Below, piece by piece: positions 57,678-64,000 of a stretch of DNA of 64,000 bases (position 1 is the stretch's first letter; each line of letters starts with the position of its first letter). This stretch comes from an uncultured Pseudomonadales bacterium. GTDB lineage: Bacteria > Patescibacteriota > Microgenomatia > UBA1400 > MFAQ01. Under the pieces are notes generated by a model. It saw only the letters and a list, made by a program, of their open reading frames with translations. It was not told where the DNA came from and did not search any database. The position numbers and the translations under genes were made by a program. Location: the NCBI GenBank assembly GCA_964586045.1, contig CAZPFY010000001.1:154-64153 (forward strand), in the 5' to 3' direction.

Positions 57678-58184
57678 CTATGGATTTACGGTTTGATAGT
57701 CAATGGGGCGGTCGGTGTCGGTGGCGGCGTTGGCACTTACGATAAATTGGCCAATGGTTTTACTTTTGACGGTGTAGAGAGATTTATCGCCTTCTTTGCT
57801 GATTAAATATATTTGACTGTTTTCTAAAACGGCGGGATCTGAAATGGATATTTCTTGTTGGCCAGCAGGGAGAATAAATGATTTTTGGGTAGCGTTGCTT
57901 TGGGTGTTAGCGGATGAACTGGCATCGTTTGTGGTGTCTGGGGCGGCGATGATGGGTTTGGTGAATGATTCGGCTACGTCAGCGCGCCCTTCGGGCTTGT
58001 CGGAATTTGAGATTATGCCTTGGGGAAGAGGAGAGATAAGAGATCCTGTGGGCAGGCTGGAGTAGTAGCCTAAGACAATTAAGGTGGCGGGGACAAAGAA
58101 GAAGAGACAGGAGGCGACCAAAAGAGCCACGGAAAGGGTGGATTGGGACTTGGCTGGGGTGGCGTTGGTAAATTCGATAGTCAC
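57678..58184 (-). CDS. Membrane-anchored protein sharing its C-terminal domain with the 3281-aa giant
   Basis: LPAGQQEISISDPAVLENSQIYL...LYTVKSK..GQFIV vs IATGSSEIFINSSKINDDTLVYI...VLFVKSK..VGFTI. Confidence 0.65.
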   Translation of the reverse strand: MTIEFTNATPAKSQSTLSVALLVASCLFFFVPATLIVLGYYSSLPTGSLISPLPQGIISNSDKPEGRADVAESFTKPIIAAPDTTNDASSSANTQSNATQKSFILPAGQQEISISDPAVLENSQIYLISKEGDKSLYTVKSKTIGQFIVSANAATDTDRPIDYQTVNP

Positions 58185-58285
58185 GATTTTATTTTAGCAG
58201 ATTTTGGCAAATGAAAATATTAATTTGAAATGTACTTTAGTAATTTATTAACGTAAAGGTCCTGAAATTGGTGTATAATAGTCGT

Positions 58286-58546
58286 ATGGAAATTATACAA
58301 TCTCAACTAAAGTTGAATTTGCCTTTGCCCATGAAGGTTCATGTGGATACGAGGGCGAGTAAGTTTGGTATGACGACTGGCGCATACATTAAGCATTTGA
58401 TTGCAAAAGATATTGAAGACAAAGAATACCCTATTTATCAGGCCAGTGAGAAAGTGGAAAAGGCATACAAAAAAGCTATGAAGAACAAAAAAAATTCTGA
58501 GCTAGTTGAGGGAAGTTTGGAAGAATATTTTGCTAATGAAAAATGA
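58286..58546 (+). CDS. RHH-type antitoxin
   Basis: LKLNLPLPMK...ASKFGMTTGAYIKHLIAKD. Confidence 0.7.
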   Translation: MEIIQSQLKLNLPLPMKVHVDTRASKFGMTTGAYIKHLIAKDIEDKEYPIYQASEKVEKAYKKAMKNKKNSELVEGSLEEYFANEK

Positions 58547-58614
58547 AAATAAGATTCGATACGGATCTGATTAAAGAGCTGGGAAAATTAAGAAAAACAA
58601 ATAATCGAAAGTAA
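58543..58614 (+). pseudogene. Truncated RelE-like toxin stub, 23 aa
   Basis: ATGA overlap with the antitoxin; MKIRFDTDLIKELGKLRKTNNRK then stop. Confidence 0.5.
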
Positions 58615-58646
58615 GTTTGGCTTGTCATTAATGTTTAATATGTTTT

Positions 58647-59495
58647 ATGTATGAGACTTTGGAAAGGGATAAGTATAAAAAAGAATGGGAGAGGGTAAAG
58701 CCGGCAATAAAAAATATTTTTTATAAGGGGGATGTAAAGCTGTTGATGGACGAGAAACCAAGGTTGGCAATTGTGGGATCGAGAAGGATGACGGAGTATG
58801 GCGCAAAAATAATTGAAAAATGGATGTCAAAATTTGTTGACAGAGGAATAATAATTGTTTCTGGTTTTATGTATGGAGTAGACCAAAAAGCTCATACGGA
58901 ATGTATAAATAATGGAGGGAAAACGGTTGCGGTTTTGGGGTGGGGAATAGATTGGCAGGTGATGGATGATGATGTAGAAATGTATGAAAAAATATTAGAA
59001 AAAGGTGGATTGATATTGTCAGAATATGAAGGGAGGGCGATACCAGAGTTGTGGAAATTCCCTCAAAGAAATAGAATAGTGGCAGGAATTTGCGACGCTG
59101 TTTTGGTAATAGAGGGAGCAGAAAAAAGTGGCAGTATGATAACTGCAAGGTTGGCAAAACAGTTTGACAAAGTCCTTTTATCCTTACCTGGCCCGGTAAC
59201 GAGTAAGGTAGCCGAGGGAACAAATAATTTAATCAAAAGAGGAGAGGCAAAAATGGTAACGAGTGCGGAGGACGTTTTGAGGGGGATGGGGTTGGAGGAG
59301 GGGCAGATGAGTTTGTTGGGAGAAGTAAAAATTTTGGATCCTATTTTGGAAATTTTGGAAAATGAAAGTAAAAGTGTGGACGAGCTAGCGCGAATTTTGC
59401 GACAGCCGGTGAACGAGGTGCTTATTAAACTTAGCTATTTGAGTTTGAGGGGGTTGGTGAGTGAATCCAACGGAAAATATTTTATTGTGAGTTAG
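58647..59495 (+). CDS. dprA: DNA-processing protein DprA
   Basis: LAIVGSRRMTEYG, IVSGFMYGVD, FPQRNRIVAG and SGSMITA motifs. Confidence 0.94.
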   Translation: MYETLERDKYKKEWERVKPAIKNIFYKGDVKLLMDEKPRLAIVGSRRMTEYGAKIIEKWMSKFVDRGIIIVSGFMYGVDQKAHTECINNGGKTVAVLGWGIDWQVMDDDVEMYEKILEKGGLILSEYEGRAIPELWKFPQRNRIVAGICDAVLVIEGAEKSGSMITARLAKQFDKVLLSLPGPVTSKVAEGTNNLIKRGEAKMVTSAEDVLRGMGLEEGQMSLLGEVKILDPILEILENESKSVDELARILRQPVNEVLIKLSYLSLRGLVSESNGKYFIVS

Positions 59496-59499
59496 CCTT

Positions 59500-59604
59500 G
59501 TCATCGCGAATCTCGTACTCGAGCTGTGGCGATCCCCGCTACACAAGATATCACTCAAAGCTCGGAGATTGCTTCGGTTCGGAATACCGAAACTCGCAAT
59601 GACG
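59500..59604. repeat. Complete CGTC-type inverted dimer just after the dprA stop
   Basis: GTCATCGCGA...GTGGCGATC / GATTGCTTCG...TCGCAATGACG. Confidence 0.9.
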
Positions 59605-59647
59605 CTTTTTTTTGCATAAAAAAATCCCGCTCTTGGTTATAGCGGGA

Positions 59648-60313
59648 TTACTTGAGGTGATCGGTGTAGTTGGACTCGAGAATTGTCCACATACCAGTTT
59701 CAGAATCGAACTGAACAGTTGTGATGGAGCCAAAGGGGGGGAAATTTTCTTTGTCCCTAAAGGGGTCCATTAGTTGGTGCGGGGTTGGGTTTGGTCCACG
59801 CTCGATAAAAGTTTTTAGTGTTACCTTTACTTGGCTATGGGTATAAACTGCAATTTTTTTGTTAGCGAACTGAGAGTGGCTAAAAGCCTGAAGTATTTGA
59901 CCACCTCGCTGATGAAATTGCCAGTAGGATTCACCCCGATTCATGAAGCGAGAACGGATGTTATCTTCATTTGGATAGTAGACGACATTTCTACGCCACT
60001 GAAAATATTTTTGCAAAGTATCGTCAGTGTAGGGTCTGCCATCCGCTAATGGTCGGCTAATTTCATTTAGTAGGGAATCGGTAATAACACAATACCTTTT
60101 TTTGTGTAGCGTGTTTTTTAGCTCTTTGGCCATTTCTTCTGCGCGTCTGTAGGTACCAGAAAATACCAAGTCGGGTGGGTCATTTTTGAAGTACATAGCG
60201 ACTTTTGAAGCTTGCCGAAAACCTTCTTTACTGAGACTTTCATCCCAGTCGTGCTTTTCATCTTTTTCTGGAGTTCGGCCATGCCGAACGAGATATAGCG
60301 TGGTAACGGACAT
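59648..60313 (-). CDS. Histidine phosphatase superfamily protein
   Basis: LYLVRHG, LNEI, GES and VYTH motifs; AAGGAGG SD; terminator at 59618-59649. Confidence 0.85.
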   Translation of the reverse strand: MSVTTLYLVRHGRTPEKDEKHDWDESLSKEGFRQASKVAMYFKNDPPDLVFSGTYRRAEEMAKELKNTLHKKRYCVITDSLLNEISRPLADGRPYTDDTLQKYFQWRRNVVYYPNEDNIRSRFMNRGESYWQFHQRGGQILQAFSHSQFANKKIAVYTHSQVKVTLKTFIERGPNPTPHQLMDPFRDKENFPPFGSITTVQFDSETGMWTILESNYTDHLK

Positions 60314-60512
60314 GGTACCTCCTTATAGATTTGGTTTTTATGGTGCAAAGCTAGTTGGGCGAGTATAGCACATTTGAGGTCAAAATGCAAGTATATAGGG
60401 TATGCGTAGAGGATGTGTACGGGTTAGTTGACTTGAGAAGCTAGGTGTGATATTATAGGGCAATTAGGTTATACATTTCAATATAAATCAAAAAGTTGGT
60501 CTGGAGGCTGAC

Positions 60513-61058
60513 ATGAAGTTAAAAAATAATTTAATTGTATTTTTCGTAGTGCTTTTTCTTGGAGCGTGCGCTCCCACAAAAGCCGATTTGGAGCCTGTTT
60601 CAGAAAAACCCACCTCCTTCGTTTGTTTTTTGCACGGTGAGAAGGTGATTGATACAAATACCTTGCATGGTGCCAGTTACGATCGTGAAACGATCGGCGG
60701 TCTTCGAGACCTGTACTGGATGTGGGAAGATGAAGGCGGTTTTAAGTCTCGGCCGGTGGACAATGGAGAGCTTTCTTGCGCGCAGGAAGGCTTGAGCTAT
60801 TCTGATGTGATAGCACCGTCTGAACCCCTTCAACCCTCAGAAATGGTTTGTACTCAAGATGGGGTTGAAATACTACGCACGACTACCATCGACGGAATGA
60901 CCACACAGAGGGTGTGGATTAATCCAACGGGGGATGATCAGCCTTATGCCTATACTTGGTATGAGGCGGATGGACCGCATTATCTGACCACAGATCAGTT
61001 TAGTGATAATGCAACCTTTGGTAACACTTTGAGGTGTGTGGATATTTCAGTTAAGTAA
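60513..61058 (+). CDS. Putative lipoprotein with an internal duplication
   Basis: LGAC lipobox; PTSFVCFLHGEKVIDT vs PSEMVCTQDGVEILRT; own promoter, SD and terminator (61066-61100). Confidence 0.7.
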   Translation: MKLKNNLIVFFVVLFLGACAPTKADLEPVSEKPTSFVCFLHGEKVIDTNTLHGASYDRETIGGLRDLYWMWEDEGGFKSRPVDNGELSCAQEGLSYSDVIAPSEPLQPSEMVCTQDGVEILRTTTIDGMTTQRVWINPTGDDQPYAYTWYEADGPHYLTTDQFSDNATFGNTLRCVDISVK

Positions 61059-61221
61059 GCTTTGCAAAATGGCTTCGAGATTCTCGAGGTCATTTTTTTT
61101 GGCATATAATATGGGTTATAGTATCCAAAGTACCCAGCCAACAGCTACCCGACAACAGCTAAAGCAGTTTGACGGGCGGGCGCAGTTTGGCGGGTGATAT
61201 TTATTGAGATACAATAAAATC

Positions 61222-62838
61222 ATGTTGGCACGAATTGAGAGCGTGGCTTGTGTGGGACTAGAGAGTTTTTTGGTGGAGGTAGAAGTGGATGTGGCGGAGA
61301 AGGGCTTCCCCGGGTTTAGTATTGTGGGGCTGGCTGACAAAGCGGTGGGTGAGGCAAAAGAGAGAGTAAAAACAGCCTTGATTAATAGTGGTTTTGAGTT
61401 TCCACAGAAGAAAATAATCGTCAATTTGGCACCGGCCGATCTGCCTAAGGAGGGATCGGCGTTTGATTTGGCGATTGCTATGGGGATTTTGGTGGCTAAT
61501 GGGGATATCGAGATAAAAACTCAAAAAATCGAAAACTCAAAAACTCAAAATATCGCTCAAAACTCGGAGATTGCTTCGGTTCGGAATACCGAAACTCGCA
61601 ATGACGACGTGGAAAGTAGCGATATATTTTTTGGGGAGTTGTCGCTCGATGGGAGTTTGCGACACACCAAAGGGGCACTTTTGGTAGCTCTTTTTGCCAA
61701 AAAAGAGAAGAGGAGGAGAGTGTTTGTGCCGGTATTGTCGGCGAATGAGGCGGCGGTAGTGCCTGGAGTAGAGGTAATGCCGGTGAGGAACTTAAAAGAA
61801 CTAATAGTTCACTTTTTGGGAGATAAGAAGATAAAACCTCTGAGAACAATTGAAATAAAAAGCTTGGTGGAAACGGCGATGCCAGACTTTGACATGGCGG
61901 ATATTGTAGGCCAGGAATCGGCGAAGCGAGCCTTGATGGTAGCGGCGGCTGGGGGACACAATATGCTCATGTCTGGGCCACCAGGATCGGGTAAAACCAT
62001 GCTCTCCAGGGCTTTACCTGGAATAATGCCCCCGATGACCGAGGAGGAGAGTATGGAGGTTACTAGGGTTTACTCGGCTTCGGGATTGATGGAAGCGGGA
62101 GAAGCGATTGTGCGCAGAAGGCCATTTCGGTCGCCTCATCACTCGACGAGCCTTGCTGGCTTAATAGGAGGTGGCAGTAGGCCTATGCCTGGGGAAGTGA
62201 GCCTCGCTCACTTGGGGGTATTGTTTTTGGATGAGATGGCGGAGTTTCCCCGGAGCGTGTTGGAGGCCATGAGGCAACCAATGGAGGATGGGAAGGTGGA
62301 GATATCAAGAGTAGCCGGGAGAATTAGCTATCCTGCGTATTTTCAGCTCATTGCTGCGGTGAACCCGTGCCCTTGTGGCTATTTGGGGCACCCAACTAAA
62401 GAATGTAAGTGTACGAGTAGAGAGGTTGAGAAGTATAAAAGAAGGATAAGTGGGCCTATTTTGGATAGAATAGATTTGCATATCAATGTCCCGGCGGTGG
62501 AGACAGAAAAGATCGTGGGGAATGTAGAAAAGGGAGAAAGCTCTCTGGTGATTAGACAAAAAATTGTCAAAGCGCGACAAATTCAAAGCACAAGGTTTGG
62601 TAAAGGGAAAATTTATTGCAATGCCCAGATGAAAAACAAGCAAGTGAAGGAGTTTTGCGATCTGGATGAGGAGGGGTTAAAAATCCTGAAATTAGCCATG
62701 GAAAAGTACGATCTGTCGGCCAGGGGCTACTTTCGGATTTTAAAGGTGGCCAGGACGATAGCGGATTTGGAGAATAGTGAGAAGATTTTGAGCTCGCATT
62801 TGGGGGAGGCGCTGCAGTACCGGGAGAGGGTGTTTTAG
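61222..62838 (+). CDS. comM: ComM/YifB Mg-chelatase-like AAA+ helicase with an in-frame repeat insertion
   Basis: VNLAPADLPKEGSAFDLAIA, GPPGSGKTML, PFRSPHHS, GVLFLDE, NPCPCG and SGPILDRID motifs. Confidence 0.95.
   Translation: MLARIESVACVGLESFLVEVEVDVAEKGFPGFSIVGLADKAVGEAKERVKTALINSGFEFPQKKIIVNLAPADLPKEGSAFDLAIAMGILVANGDIEIKTQKIENSKTQNIAQNSEIASVRNTETRNDDVESSDIFFGELSLDGSLRHTKGALLVALFAKKEKRRRVFVPVLSANEAAVVPGVEVMPVRNLKELIVHFLGDKKIKPLRTIEIKSLVETAMPDFDMADIVGQESAKRALMVAAAGGHNMLMSGPPGSGKTMLSRALPGIMPPMTEEESMEVTRVYSASGLMEAGEAIVRRRPFRSPHHSTSLAGLIGGGSRPMPGEVSLAHLGVLFLDEMAEFPRSVLEAMRQPMEDGKVEISRVAGRISYPAYFQLIAAVNPCPCGYLGHPTKECKCTSREVEKYKRRISGPILDRIDLHINVPAVETEKIVGNVEKGESSLVIRQKIVKARQIQSTRFGKGKIYCNAQMKNKQVKEFCDLDEEGLKILKLAMEKYDLSARGYFRILKVARTIADLENSEKILSSHLGEALQYRERVF
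61515..61606. repeat. AAAACTCA-type tandem repeat followed by a CGTC arm, in frame in comM
   Basis: Reads KTQKIENSKTQNIAQNSEIASVRNTETRND; 61563-61606 is identical to 59561-59604. Confidence 0.9.
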
Positions 62839-62840
62839 TT

Positions 62841-62966
62841 CGTCATTGCGAATCTCGTACTCGAGCTGTGGCAATCTCCGAGGTTGAGTGAAATTTAGCA
62901 GGCGGGGATTGCTTCGTCGTTTTGCTCTCCCGAGTAGATACTCGGGATCCTAGACTCGCAATGACG
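62841..62966. repeat. Complete CGTC-type inverted dimer just after the comM stop, with a nested hairpin
   Basis: CGTCATTGCGA...GTGGCAATC / GATTGCTTCG...TCGCAATGACG. Confidence 0.9.
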
Positions 62967-63030
62967 GGTATTGTGATAAAATACAGCCTATATTGTGCTT
63001 TTTGACAATTTAATCTTTTTTGGAGGCGAA

Positions 63031-63642
63031 ATGGAAGATTGGTCTGGTTTGTTGTTTTACAAAACGGTCTTGAATGAGTGGCTGGCCATTGATTTTAGGG
63101 AACCCGAGTACGAGGTTTACTATAGCCCCGATGGTGTCAGGTTTTTGCAGCTTTATGTTGGTGGTTACAGTAGCAACAATGGGGTGATGACTAGTTACAG
63201 CGTTACCAATCCACACCCTGGTTGTGAATGGGAAGGTAAAATTGTTAGACAGGATGGTGGCTTTGTTTTGAGTATTCCACAATCTTGCAGTTTGCCTTAT
63301 TTCCTGTTGAGTGAGCCGCCGGAGTTGGGGTACGAGTTTTTTTCCAAGCCGGTAGTTATGCAATTGATGGAAGTTTTTACTTTGCCAAATGGTTTGTGTG
63401 TACTTTGGACTCAGTCCAAATATGATCGTCCGTATACTGATGTTCACTTGTACTTTGGGAAAGCTGAGAGTCTAAATGAATTCAAGGTAGAAAAGGTAAG
63501 CGCAGGTGGTATTCATACGGCGATTGGCGTTTTGGAGTTTGGCTTGCGCCGATTTGGTGGCTACACCTTGACAAAGCTAAACGAAAAAAGGTTTGAGCTC
63601 AAAATTGATGGTTTAAAAATCAGTTTGGTGAGTAAAGAGTAA
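63031..63642 (+). CDS. Hypothetical protein
   Basis: GGAGG SD before MEDWSG. Confidence 0.7.
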   Translation: MEDWSGLLFYKTVLNEWLAIDFREPEYEVYYSPDGVRFLQLYVGGYSSNNGVMTSYSVTNPHPGCEWEGKIVRQDGGFVLSIPQSCSLPYFLLSEPPELGYEFFSKPVVMQLMEVFTLPNGLCVLWTQSKYDRPYTDVHLYFGKAESLNEFKVEKVSAGGIHTAIGVLEFGLRRFGGYTLTKLNEKRFELKIDGLKISLVSKE

Positions 63643-63655
63643 AGGAGAAGAGGAA

Positions 63656-64000
63656 ATGGGAGATAAACCCGAGAATTTGTTGTACTACAAATCATATTTG
63701 GGTCAGTGGATTGTTTTGAATTCTGACAAGTTGACGAGTGAGGCCTGGTGGAGTCCCGACGGAATTACTTTTTATCAACTGGAATCGACTGGTTGGGGAA
63801 ATGGTATTATGTCAGTTAAACATCCACTAGATATGTGGAAAGGCGAGATTGGGGTTGAGAAATGGGATAAGGGTGAGTTGACTTTTGGAATAAACCATTC
63901 TGTACATGGTAGACCAATTTATCGGTCTCAGCCAGTTCCTAACCAGCCAACTATTTTTATTCCGTTACCAAAAACGCGTAAGGTTTATGCAATGTACCAG
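63656..64000 (+). CDS. Partial hypothetical protein, paralog of the preceding gene
   Basis: MGDKPENLLYYKSYLGQW...SPDGITFYQL vs LLFYKTVLNEW...SPDGVRFLQL; runs off the window end. Confidence 0.7.
   Translation, partial: MGDKPENLLYYKSYLGQWIVLNSDKLTSEAWWSPDGITFYQLESTGWGNGIMSVKHPLDMWKGEIGVEKWDKGELTFGINHSVHGRPIYRSQPVPNQPTIFIPLPKTRKVYAMYQ

Noticed and set aside
61116-61424. Minus-strand 102-aa ORF and similar antisense ORFs across rho and the giant genes
   Set aside because: Shadow frames opposite well-supported genes.

Overview
This 64-kb window is most likely chromosomal DNA from a Candidate Phyla Radiation (Patescibacteria, Microgenomates-like) bacterium. That is inferred from gene content: DUF4012 protein, split comEC, DUF916/WxL-like cluster, giant surface proteins and largely leaderless core genes. 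The + strand is G/T-rich throughout. Core genes include rho, obgE, a LysM/M23 peptidase, an M16 peptidase, comEA, two comEC halves, dprA, comM and two tRNA-Ala genes. Main observations: (1) Four ORF-free, hairpin-dense minus-strand units each have a near-consensus sigma70 promoter and a terminal stem with U-tract. Three are in tandem at 44.87-46.17 kb and one is at 50.2-50.4 kb. They look like an undescribed family of large structured ncRNAs. (2) A 3281-aa membrane-anchored fibre-like protein carries two N-terminal tyrosine-recombinase core-binding (SAM-like) domains but no catalytic domain. It lies in a co-oriented DUF916/WxL-like and pilin locus divergent from comEA/comEC. (3) A 3445-aa protein has hydrophobic hairpins, repeats, an FHA-like domain, a late TM helix and a C-terminal CHAP-like domain. 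(4) CGTC-type palindromic repeats and 7/8-nt tandem repeats are inserted in frame in rho, obgE, comM, a methyltransferase, a zinc ribbon and (five times) the DUF4012 gene. (5) Core genes look leaderless, whereas accessory genes sit in self-contained promoter-SD-ORF-terminator cassettes. All family assignments come from motifs recognised by eye; no database searches or folding were run.
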